Below, piece by piece: positions 10,258 through 19,081 of a stretch of 64,000 bases of DNA (within the stretch, counting starts at the first letter, position 1; every line of letters starts with the position of its first letter). The stretch covers positions 214,418 through 278,417 of IMG/VR virus record IMGVR_UViG_3300009784_000001; one strand, 5' to 3'. Under the pieces are notes generated by a model that was not told where the DNA came from, ran no database searches, and was given only the letters and a program-made list of their open reading frames with translations. This stretch comes from a virus (lineage: Duplodnaviria; Heunggongvirae; Uroviricota; Caudoviricetes). Made by a program: the position numbers and the translations under genes.

Positions 10258-10833
10258 TTAAAATGGTAATTCTAGTGGTATTATTATTTCTTTAACATCT
10301 CCTCCAATATTATTAATAAGTGGTATTATACATTCAATTGCAGTTTTAGGAGAAGCTCCATTAGCCATTGCTCCCATAGCATATTCTTCACCACAACCCA
10401 TTGCAAAAAAATTTTTAGTAAGAATACTTACTTCAAATGGTTTATCATCATAAAAAACAATATTATATATAACACCATTAATAACAAATATTATTTCAGC
10501 TTCTAAATCATAATAACCATATTTATTTTTAGAATATTCATAAAAATTTAAATATGAATTTACCATTTCTTTCACAATTTTTGCTAATTCAACTGGCTCA
10601 TATATTTCATCTATTCTTTCTATATATGTTCTTTCTTCTTCACTTTCAGATGATGCTAATAAATAAGTTATATAATTTTTAAATCTACATTCACCAATAA
10701 AACAAACAACAAAATCACCAAATAAAAATATTTTTTGTGATTTGTCTGACATTATTTTATCACCTCTTAATGAAATTGAATCTGAAGCTATTTCTATTTC
10801 AAAATCATATCTTCTTATTGCTACTACACTCAT
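10258..10833 (-). CDS. Ntn-hydrolase-fold protein (HslV / proteasome beta-like)
   Basis: M-S-VVAI...IASDS, conserved K (SQKIF), and AMGCGEEYAMGAM matching the AIGSG..YA.GA motif. Confidence 0.7.
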   Translation of the reverse strand: MSVVAIRRYDFEIEIASDSISLRGDKIMSDKSQKIFLFGDFVVCFIGECRFKNYITYLLASSESEEERTYIERIDEIYEPVELAKIVKEMVNSYLNFYEYSKNKYGYYDLEAEIIFVINGVIYNIVFYDDKPFEVSILTKNFFAMGCGEEYAMGAMANGASPKTAIECIIPLINNIGGDVKEIIIPLELPF

Positions 10834-10862
10834 ATAATTTTAAACTTTTATCTATTTATTTA

Positions 10863-10893
10863 CAAAGATATTATTTTTTAATGTTACAGCAAA
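10863..10893 (-). promoter_or_regulatory. Bacteroidota sigma-A type promoter for the 10833-8462 operon
   Basis: - strand TTTG (10893-10890), N19, TATCTTTG (10870-10863). Confidence 0.75.
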
Positions 10894-11414
10894 AAAAAAT
10901 AGAAAAAAATTTTTCAACTAAAAATACAAAACAAAAAGTTTCAAGAAAAAAAAGAGGTAAAAATTTTACTCCCATACGAAAAGAAGTTGAATTTTGGGTA
11001 TATCAAAAATACAAAATATCAAAACAGGATGATATAACCAGACAAAATTTAGATGTTACATCAAGTAAATTAGAATTTCTTTTCAAAGAACAATTTTTAG
11101 ATAAATTAGGATTGAAATATATTCATCAATTTTATTCACCTATTGGTTTTATATATGATTTTGCTATATTATCTAAAAATGAAAAACAAATTCAGTTACT
11201 AATTGAGGTGGACGGTGATTACTTTCATACAAATCCTAAAAAATATCCAAATGGACCAATCTATGAAAATCAGAAAAGACAAGTAAAACGAGATGAAGAA
11301 AAGAATAAATGGGCTGCCTTCAACAACTTTGTTTTATTGCGTTTCTGGGAAAACGATATACACAATAATCCAAAAAAAGTGATGAATGAATTAAAAAGAA
11401 GAATAGATTTATAA
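10881..11414 (+). CDS. DUF559/Vsr-like endonuclease
   Basis: YDFAI...IEVDGDYFH...RDEEK...LRFWENDI. The start is moved to the ATG at 10881 because the track start (10737) overlaps the opposite-strand gene. Confidence 0.75.
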   Translation: MLQQKKIEKNFSTKNTKQKVSRKKRGKNFTPIRKEVEFWVYQKYKISKQDDITRQNLDVTSSKLEFLFKEQFLDKLGLKYIHQFYSPIGFIYDFAILSKNEKQIQLLIEVDGDYFHTNPKKYPNGPIYENQKRQVKRDEEKNKWAAFNNFVLLRFWENDIHNNPKKVMNELKRRIDL

Positions 11415-11430
11415 AAATGAGTAAAAAAAA

Positions 11431-11955
11431 ATGAGTAAAAAATTAACAACAGAAGAATTTATTGAAAGAGTAAAACAAATCCATGGAAATAGGTATGAAT
11501 ATTCAAAAGTTAAATATGAAAATACAAATGCCAAAGTATATATCATTTGTCCTATTCATGGAGAATTTTGGCAAAATCCAAAAGACCATTTGAATGGAAG
11601 TGGATGTCCATCATGCAATCAATCAAAATTAGAAGAAAAAATAAAAAGAATTTTTGAATTTAAAAAGATTAAATATGAATGGAGATACAAAAAAGTTGAA
11701 TGGCTAAAAAATAAAAAATCATTAGAATTAGATTTCTATCTCCCAAATTACAATATCGCTATCGAATGTCAGGGTGAACAACATTTCAAACCATTAGGAT
11801 ATTGTGGCGGAATTAAAAAATTTGAATATACTTTGAATAATGATAGAATAAAGAAAGAATTATGTGAAAAGAATAATCTTCCCTTATATTACATAAATTA
11901 TAATGATGATGTGGAAGAAAAAATGAAAGAAATATTGAATAATATATTGAATTAA
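11431..11955 (+). CDS. Putative homing endonuclease: one Zn repeat plus a nuclease domain
   Basis: ICPIHGEFWQNPKDHLNGSGCPSC and LELDFYLPNYNIAIECQGEQH. Confidence 0.8.
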   Translation: MSKKLTTEEFIERVKQIHGNRYEYSKVKYENTNAKVYIICPIHGEFWQNPKDHLNGSGCPSCNQSKLEEKIKRIFEFKKIKYEWRYKKVEWLKNKKSLELDFYLPNYNIAIECQGEQHFKPLGYCGGIKKFEYTLNNDRIKKELCEKNNLPLYYINYNDDVEEKMKEILNNILN

Positions 11956-11981
11956 TTATATTTTATGTAAAATTTAAAAAA

Positions 11982-12695
11982 GTGAAAACAACTCTATTTA
12001 TTTCACATTACATCTTTGAGGAAAATGAAAAATCATTTCAAAGATTTGTTCCTGAAAATCAAAAAAAGGAAGATTATAATTTAAATATTAAATTAAAAAT
12101 AGATTCTTTAAATGAAAAGGGACAAGAAGTAAGTGAAGATATAGACCATATATTGTGGAATTTTAGTGGATATGAAAATCAAAGTGAAGAAATAAATAAT
12201 TATTTGAAAGCAGATAAACAATTTATTGAAACATTGAAAAATAATGAAAATTTTGATTATTTATCAGATATAAAATTGGAATATGATAAAAATGAAGAAT
12301 TAGAAAAAAAAGTATTATCCCCAATTCCTGTTACAATGTATAATCCAAAAGGAAAGGAATTGCAATTAGGAAATTTAATTGAATATTATAAAAATAATTG
12401 TGATTTCCCTTTTCTTATGAAAATAGATTTTGAAAATATTGATATGGATGCTGAAATTCAATTTAATATATGGGTAAGATTAACTAGAAAGCTATTATCA
12501 ATACCAAATGGTATAATGCCAATGAATGAAAAAATTAAAAAATTACCTATAAAAGATTTGAAATTTGAAACAATAAATAATTATGGAACAATAACAGCAG
12601 GCTATTTAAAAGGTTGTAAAATAATTGAAAAACTATCCATTAATAAATATATTATCTATGTAAATAATATTATTTTTGTTGCTAACAATAAATAA
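11982..12695 (+). CDS. Hypothetical protein
   Basis: 237-aa ORF with a GTG start and no recognised motif. Confidence 0.6.
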   Translation: MKTTLFISHYIFEENEKSFQRFVPENQKKEDYNLNIKLKIDSLNEKGQEVSEDIDHILWNFSGYENQSEEINNYLKADKQFIETLKNNENFDYLSDIKLEYDKNEELEKKVLSPIPVTMYNPKGKELQLGNLIEYYKNNCDFPFLMKIDFENIDMDAEIQFNIWVRLTRKLLSIPNGIMPMNEKIKKLPIKDLKFETINNYGTITAGYLKGCKIIEKLSINKYIIYVNNIIFVANNK

Positions 12696-12696
12696 A

Positions 12697-13587
12697 ATGA
12701 GCAAAAGAAAAACAACAGAAGAATTTATTCAAGAAGCAAAATTAATACATGGGAATATATATGATTATTCTAATGTTGAATATGTAAATTGGAAAACGAA
12801 AGTTTGTATAATTTGTCCAGAACATGGTAAATTTAATCAAATAGCATTAGGTCATTTACAAGGACAAGGCTGTCCTAAATGTGGAGGTACAAAAAAATTA
12901 ACAACAAACGAATTTATCAAAAAAGCTATATTAAAATATGAAAATAAATATGATTATTCAAAGGTAAATTATATTAATAATAAAACAAAAGTGTGTATTA
13001 TTTGTCCTATTCATGGTGAATTTTGGCAAACTCCAAATAATCATTTAACTGGTTATGGATGTGATAAATGTGGTAATTCATATAATTATACAACAGAGGA
13101 ATTTATTGAAAAGGCTAAAAAAGTTCAGGGTGATAAATATAATTATTCAAAAGTAAAATATGAAGATATTAAGAAAAAAATATATATAATCTGTCCAGAA
13201 CATGGTAAATTTTTACAAACTCCTGATAAACATTTACGAGGGCAAGGTTGTCCTTTTTGTAATAAATCTAAATTGGAAAATAGAGTTAGTAGTTTATTAG
13301 AAAATATAAATTATATTTATCAATATAAACCATTGTGGCTAAAAAATGGAAAAGGGCAAAAAAGCATTGATTTCTATCTTCCAGATTATAATATTGCCAT
13401 TGAATGTCAAGGAAAACAACATTTTGAACCTATTAATTGGTTTGGAGGAATAGAAACATTAAAAGGAATACAAGAAAGGGATAAATTAAAGAAGGAATTA
13501 TGTAAAAAGAATAATCTTCCTTTATATTATATAAACTATAATGATAATGTGGAAGAAAAAATGAATAAAATTTTAAATAATAAATAA
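12697..13587 (+). CDS. Putative homing endonuclease: three Zn repeats plus a nuclease domain
   Basis: ATG at 12697 (MSKRKTTEEF) matches the paralog starts. 3x CPxHG..Q...H..G.GCxxC, then IDFYLPDYNIAIECQGKQH. Confidence 0.8.
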   Translation: MSKRKTTEEFIQEAKLIHGNIYDYSNVEYVNWKTKVCIICPEHGKFNQIALGHLQGQGCPKCGGTKKLTTNEFIKKAILKYENKYDYSKVNYINNKTKVCIICPIHGEFWQTPNNHLTGYGCDKCGNSYNYTTEEFIEKAKKVQGDKYNYSKVKYEDIKKKIYIICPEHGKFLQTPDKHLRGQGCPFCNKSKLENRVSSLLENINYIYQYKPLWLKNGKGQKSIDFYLPDYNIAIECQGKQHFEPINWFGGIETLKGIQERDKLKKELCKKNNLPLYYINYNDNVEEKMNKILNNK

Positions 13588-13591
13588 AAAT

Positions 13592-14935
13592 ATGGAAACA
13601 CAAAGAGAGAAATATATAAAAATGCTGAATGAAAGCAAAAAAATGATGCAAGATACCATTGATGAAACTAATACAATTAAAGCTACAAATCCAAATAAAA
13701 AGGTAGCTGATCAAGAACATTTTAAAATAATTGATAATATGTTAGATGAACAATTAACAAATACAGGTGTAAATGTTCCAAAAAAAGAAATAAATAAAGG
13801 TACTTCATCATATATTGAACCTGTAAATAGTGCAGTAACAGGTATTTCAAAAGAAGAAAACGATAAACAAACAAGAAAAGTAGCTGAAAAAAATAAAGTT
13901 GAAAAAGAAGATAAAGTTATTAAAAGAGAAATACCTGAGAATGAAAAAAAAATAATTGAAAAAATGAAAGAACAGGAAAATATAAAAGTTGTTCCTGTTT
14001 ATGATGATTTAAAATTCAATATTTCTTCTACTAATAAACAAAAATATGATATTATAAAATTACCTTCTAAAGGTGAATGTTATGCTTCAAAAAAAGGGAG
14101 ATTACCTATAGGATATTTAACATTGGTTGATGAAAATATTATGATTCAACCAAATATTTTTAGAGATAATTTAATTGTTGATATTTTACTTAAAAATAAA
14201 ATTCTTGATTTGAATTTTGATCCAGATTTATTATGTAAAGGAGATAGAGATGCAATTATGTTATTTTTAAGAGCATCAGGATATGGCACAGAATTTCCAA
14301 TTGTAGCTACTGACCCTGAAACAGGAAAAGAATTTGATACCACTGTTGATTTATCTAAAATTAAATATATTGATTTTAAACTTAAAGGAGATAATAATGG
14401 TTGGTTTGATTATACTTTGCCAAAATCAGGTGATTTAATTAAGTTCAATTTCTTAAATAGAATTGAAGAAAAGCGTTATTTGTCATTAGTTAAACAAATG
14501 GAAGAAAAAGAAAAAAAGAAATTTGTTGAACATTTAATTAAAGAAATTGATAAATTGGATAAAGATTTAATAGAAGACCAAAATGAACAGGATATTCTTG
14601 ATAAGTTTGTTAATACATTATATCAAATGAAAGGGAGAATTCCTGTAAATGAAACTCCATTCATAGGAAAAGTAGTAAGTGAACTGGTAGTTATGATGGT
14701 GAAAGCTGTAAAACCAAAAGATGAAGATACTTGGATTACAGATTGGGATGAAATAAGAACATATTGTGAAAATATGATTATATCTGATTCACAGAATTTC
14801 ATTAAGTATGTAGATGAAAATGAGCCTGCACTAGATATGAGGGTAACTGTTGAAAAACCAGAGAGTCTTGGAGGAGGCTCTATACAGCCCTTTCTCGATA
14901 TTAATACCCAGTCATTATTTACTAACTTTTTTTAA
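13592..14935 (+). CDS. Tail/baseplate assembly chaperone (T4 gp26-like), probable frameshift gene
   Basis: IKLPSKG..Y, LTLVDE, LCKGDRDAIMLFLRASGYG, VDLSKI. Ends FF-stop on a T7 run. Upstream of the tape measure gene. Confidence 0.7.
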   Translation: METQREKYIKMLNESKKMMQDTIDETNTIKATNPNKKVADQEHFKIIDNMLDEQLTNTGVNVPKKEINKGTSSYIEPVNSAVTGISKEENDKQTRKVAEKNKVEKEDKVIKREIPENEKKIIEKMKEQENIKVVPVYDDLKFNISSTNKQKYDIIKLPSKGECYASKKGRLPIGYLTLVDENIMIQPNIFRDNLIVDILLKNKILDLNFDPDLLCKGDRDAIMLFLRASGYGTEFPIVATDPETGKEFDTTVDLSKIKYIDFKLKGDNNGWFDYTLPKSGDLIKFNFLNRIEEKRYLSLVKQMEEKEKKKFVEHLIKEIDKLDKDLIEDQNEQDILDKFVNTLYQMKGRIPVNETPFIGKVVSELVVMMVKAVKPKDEDTWITDWDEIRTYCENMIISDSQNFIKYVDENEPALDMRVTVEKPESLGGGSIQPFLDINTQSLFTNFF

Positions 14936-15155
14936 CCCTTCTTATGAAATTGAGCTATTAAATGAAATTGAAGGTATTCATTCTATTCTTAAATTTTCTA
15001 TGGATGAAATATCATTAATGCCAATCCAAGAAAGAAAATATATGATTATTAGACATAATCAAAGAACAGAAGAAGAAGAAAAAGGAATGAAAAATATGAC
15101 TTCTGGAACAAGTATGCAAGAAGTACAAGATATGGCACAAAATGTTAAAAGATAA
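14934..15155 (+). CDS. C-terminal extension of the tail chaperone (GT / gp51-like), probably reached by frameshift
   Basis: The +1 frame continues from the T7 run. FSMDEISLMPIQERKYMI matches the I..MP..ER motif of chaperone extensions. Confidence 0.6.
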   Translation, partial: NPSYEIELLNEIEGIHSILKFSMDEISLMPIQERKYMIIRHNQRTEEEEKGMKNMTSGTSMQEVQDMAQNVKR

Positions 15156-15187
15156 AGAGTATTATTAATTTAATACTCTTTTTTTTT
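15154..15187. terminator. Intrinsic terminator
   Basis: AAAGAGTATTA-TTAATT-TAATACTCTTT followed by a T run. Confidence 0.75.
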
Positions 15188-15467
15188 ATGCCAAAAAATA
15201 TGTAGATGAGATATTATTACTTATTGAATGATTATTAAATATATAACCTGTTGTTCCATCAAAATATCTAATTTTCTCTTTTTTTTCTGGGATTAATTTT
15301 ATTATTAATAAAAATAATCCAAGAGCAAGAATAAAGATCAAAATTGCTTTAAAAATAACTTTTAAATATTCCCAAGAAGTTAGGCTACTTCCTTCTGTTA
15401 CATAATATTCAGGAAAAATAATACTTTTACCATTTTCATTTAATGGATTTTTATAAATGTATTGCAT
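15186..15467 (-). CDS. Small single-pass membrane protein
   Basis: Hydrophobic segment VIFKAILIFILALGLFLLII. Own promoter CTTG-N20-TATCTTTG at 15546-15515. Confidence 0.65.
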   Translation of the reverse strand: MQYIYKNPLNENGKSIIFPEYYVTEGSSLTSWEYLKVIFKAILIFILALGLFLLIIKLIPEKKEKIRYFDGTTGYIFNNHSISNNISSTYFLA

Positions 15468-15608
15468 ATTCTTTTTTATTTATTATAATTATCATTAATT
15501 TATCAATCACAATACAAAGATAAGAAATTATATTAATATACACAAGTTTTTAATGTTAAAAAAACATAAAAAATTATATTTATACCTATATAAAGAAAAT
15601 ATAGAAAA

Positions 15609-18600
15609 ATGGCTACTCAAAAACAAACAATAGAACAGCAACTTGAATTATTAAAACAATTTAAAGAAGAAGTTAATAATATAATTCAAGAACAAGCTAT
15701 GTTCAATTTTGATGCTATGGGAGAGAATACTACCAAATTAGCTGAAAGATTGGAATATATGCATGAATTAGTACCATTAAATAGAAAAATATTAGACCAA
15801 AATCAAAAACAAGTATCTACTAATCAGGAATTATTAGATATTATAAAAAAACAAACTGAAGAAAGAAAAGAAAGACAAAAAAAAGAAGATGAAATAAATG
15901 AGACAGAAAAAGAACGTGCTAGATTAGAAAAAGAAGAAGCAAAAAGACTTGAAAAGAGTAAAAAAGAATGGGATGATCAAGAAAAAAAGAGAACTGATAG
16001 AAATAATTCTTTACTTCAAGTAGGAAAAAGTATATGGAATGTAGTTTCAGGATTTGTTAAAAATTATGCAGAACAAGATGATAAATTATCTAAAATAAAT
16101 TCTCAATTTGGATTTGGAAAAGAACAACTAGGACAATGGAAAGAACAAATGTATGCTACTGCTTCTCAAACAGCAGTTATTGGTGGTAGTTTACAAGATA
16201 TATTAGAACTACAAAGTAAATATACATCAGCAATAGGAAGAACTAGTTTAATTTCACGAGATGCTATGATGAATATGGTAGCAATTTCAAAAATTATGGG
16301 TAGTAATGAAGCTGCTGTTCAATTTGCATCATCAATGGATGATATGGGAGCAAGTATATCTAGTGTTGGTGATTATATGAATAAAGTTACAGGAGATGCT
16401 TTAAAAAATGGAGTTGATATTCAAAAAACAGCACAAACTGTTCAACAAAATTTAAATCTTGCAAATAGATATACATTTAAAGATGGAATAACTGGATTAT
16501 CTAGAATGGCAGCATATTCAGTAACAACAAAATTAAATCTTCAAGAAGTTGGAAAAGCTGCTGACAAATTAGGGACGCTAGAAGGTGCAATAACAGCATC
16601 AGCAAAATTAAATGTTTTGGGTGGTAGTTTTGCATCAGGTTCTAATCCAATAGATATGCTTTACCAAGCAACTTCTGATTTTGAAGGACTTGGAAAAAGA
16701 TTACAAGATATGTTTTCAAAAAATATGTATCTTAACAGACAAACAGGTGTTTATGAAGCATCACCTGCTGATAAAATGAGAATGAAAGCAGCAGCACAAG
16801 AACTGGGAGTTGATTTTGATGAAATGTGGAAAACAAGTGTTCAAACTAATATAAGAAATTTATTGAAAGATACTGGTTTATTAGGACAAATGAAAAAAGT
16901 AGGGCTTAATGAATCAGATGAAGATTGGATGCTTAGTAAAGCAAGAGTTAGAACAAATAAAGAAACAGGAAAAGATGAAGCTGTTGTTAATGTAGCTGCA
17001 AGTGCAGAAGATGTTAAAAGTGGCAAATATGGTAAAGATATACAAGAAGGACAAATTATAGAAAAAGCAATTGGTGAACTGGATACTAAACAAGTACAAC
17101 AATTAAGACCACAAGAACAAAATATAATAGAAATAGCTCAAACTACAAGAGGTATAGGAGATGATATTCGTGATATTCGTGAAGTTATTTATAACAAATT
17201 ATTTGGTTGGTTACAAAAATTTAATAATTTTTTTGGTATTACAGATAAATTAAAATGGGTAAAAGAAGCAGTAGGAGGACATGCAGGAGTTGTAGCTGGA
17301 GGAGCTGCTGCTCTTTATGCTGGTAGTAGAATTGGTGGAAGTTTTATAAATAATGCAATACAAAATAGATTTTTTAAACCAAGACCTTTTCCAGAATCAG
17401 CAACAGCAGAAGAAGCAGCAACAGCAAGTAGAGGATCAAGATTAAGAAATTTATTTAGATTTGGAAGAAATACAGGTAGGGCAACTGAAGCTGTAGAAGA
17501 AGCTATTACACCATCAACTCGTATCATGAATACGATGAGAAGAGTTGGAATAACTGAGGATATGTTAAAATCTGGGAAAGGTTTAACAAAAGAAGTTGTG
17601 GAAGCTAACCCAGAATTAAAAACTATCTTACAAAATTTTTCAAAAGGGGGAAGAATAAATTATGGTAGTGCGGGTAGTGAAACACTTGGCAAGTTTGTTC
17701 GTACTTTTCGTGGAGGTGAAGAATTTTTAAGTAATGCAAGAGGAGGGAATGTATTAGGAGAAGTAGCTGAAAATGCAAATGCTGCACAAGGAACAATTAG
17801 AGCAACTGAAGAAGTTGCTAGTAATGCTTCTAAATTAGGCAAATTAAGTCGTTTTGGTGGTTTAATAAAACCTGTAGAAGGAATAGCAAAAGTAGGTGGA
17901 GCTGTAACTGGTGGTTTACTTGAAGGTGGATTTACTGCATTTGATGAATATCAAAAAGGAAATTTCAAATCAGACAGTGGAATGCAAGGAACAGCTATAG
18001 GCAAAACAGCAGGAGCAGCTATAGGAGCAACAGCAGGAGCTTTATTAATGTCATGGGCAGGACCAATAGGTATGGCTTTAGGTGGAATGGCTGGTGGATG
18101 GTTAGGAAAAAAAGCTGGTGGTTGGATAGGTTCTTTTTTTGATAAAAAAGAAGACAGAATAAAAAATTTAAATACTGATGAAGGAAAAGCATATAGTAAA
18201 ATAGATGCACAAAAAAACTTTGTTGATGCAATAAACAGTACTGATGATGAGCTATTAGTTATAAAAGAAATAGCAAAATCTGCTTATAATATAGAAGCTA
18301 TATTAAGAAGTAAGTTTGAAATAGATTCTAATAATTTGAATAAAAAAGAAAAAGAAAAACTTGAAGATGCAAAAGTAGATTTTTCCAAATTTGATACAAA
18401 AGATCCATTTAGAAATTATACAGTTGTTAATGATTTATCAGATGAAAATATTGGAACTCCTGCATATATTAAAAGAGGACAACAAACGTATAAAACTCAT
18501 CCAAATGACAAAATTATTGCAACAAAACCTGGTGGACCATTGTGGACTATGAATAATGATCAGTTAAAACTTTCACATGAAATGGCACTCCGTCCTAAAC

Positions 18601-18872
18601 CTGTTTCATTGAATACTCCTTCCATAAAAACACCAAATTATAATAATAATGCTCAATCTATTTCAATGCAGCCACTTGATATTAATATAAATGGAACATT
18701 AAGATTAGAAGCTGATGGAAAAGAAATTGATATAAGTCAAATTATAAAAGATCCAACCTTTGTAAGAAACTTGACAAATCTTATAAGTGCTAGTGTTAAA
18801 GATAAAAATTATCAAGGAAAATACAAATCTGAAAAAAATCAAGTGTTGGGATATTATTATAATGATAAATAA
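15609..18872 (+). CDS. Tail tape measure protein
   Basis: N-terminal coiled coil, Ala/Gly-rich helical body, GxxxG-rich hydrophobic segments. Lies between the chaperone and baseplate genes. Confidence 0.8.
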   Translation: MATQKQTIEQQLELLKQFKEEVNNIIQEQAMFNFDAMGENTTKLAERLEYMHELVPLNRKILDQNQKQVSTNQELLDIIKKQTEERKERQKKEDEINETEKERARLEKEEAKRLEKSKKEWDDQEKKRTDRNNSLLQVGKSIWNVVSGFVKNYAEQDDKLSKINSQFGFGKEQLGQWKEQMYATASQTAVIGGSLQDILELQSKYTSAIGRTSLISRDAMMNMVAISKIMGSNEAAVQFASSMDDMGASISSVGDYMNKVTGDALKNGVDIQKTAQTVQQNLNLANRYTFKDGITGLSRMAAYSVTTKLNLQEVGKAADKLGTLEGAITASAKLNVLGGSFASGSNPIDMLYQATSDFEGLGKRLQDMFSKNMYLNRQTGVYEASPADKMRMKAAAQELGVDFDEMWKTSVQTNIRNLLKDTGLLGQMKKVGLNESDEDWMLSKARVRTNKETGKDEAVVNVAASAEDVKSGKYGKDIQEGQIIEKAIGELDTKQVQQLRPQEQNIIEIAQTTRGIGDDIRDIREVIYNKLFGWLQKFNNFFGITDKLKWVKEAVGGHAGVVAGGAAALYAGSRIGGSFINNAIQNRFFKPRPFPESATAEEAATASRGSRLRNLFRFGRNTGRATEAVEEAITPSTRIMNTMRRVGITEDMLKSGKGLTKEVVEANPELKTILQNFSKGGRINYGSAGSETLGKFVRTFRGGEEFLSNARGGNVLGEVAENANAAQGTIRATEEVASNASKLGKLSRFGGLIKPVEGIAKVGGAVTGGLLEGGFTAFDEYQKGNFKSDSGMQGTAIGKTAGAAIGATAGALLMSWAGPIGMALGGMAGGWLGKKAGGWIGSFFDKKEDRIKNLNTDEGKAYSKIDAQKNFVDAINSTDDELLVIKEIAKSAYNIEAILRSKFEIDSNNLNKKEKEKLEDAKVDFSKFDTKDPFRNYTVVNDLSDENIGTPAYIKRGQQTYKTHPNDKIIATKPGGPLWTMNNDQLKLSHEMALRPKPVSLNTPSIKTPNYNNNAQSISMQPLDININGTLRLEADGKEIDISQIIKDPTFVRNLTNLISASVKDKNYQGKYKSEKNQVLGYYYNDK

Positions 18873-18917
18873 TTTTTAATTTTTCTTGTTTTTTTCAAAA
18901 AAAAATCTATATTTAAA

Positions 18918-18989
18918 GGACCAGAGAACCTTTATTAATTTTAAAATTATTTAAATATATTTTAAATATATTTCTAGGTTCTCTGGTCC
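18918..18989. repeat. Perfect 14-bp inverted repeat around a 44-bp almost pure A/T spacer
   Basis: GGACCAGAGAACCT (18918-18931) and AGGTTCTCTGGTCC (18976-18989). Confidence 0.9.
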
Positions 18990-19002
18990 ACTAGGAGAAA
19001 TT

Positions 19003-19028
19003 TCTTGATTTTTTATCAGGATTTTTTT
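19003..19028 (+). terminator. Intrinsic terminator
   Basis: Stem TCTTGAT...ATCAGGA with a T-rich loop, followed by a T run. Confidence 0.6.
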
Positions 19029-19081
19029 GTTTTATATTAAAAATGAAAATCATTATATTTATTTGAAATAGAAATTAAGAT

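Noticed and set aside
9012-11955. Restriction-modification system (methyltransferase plus nearby nucleases)
   Set aside because: The nucleases are on separate transcription units and most belong to a dispersed paralog family, so the methyltransferase looks orphan.
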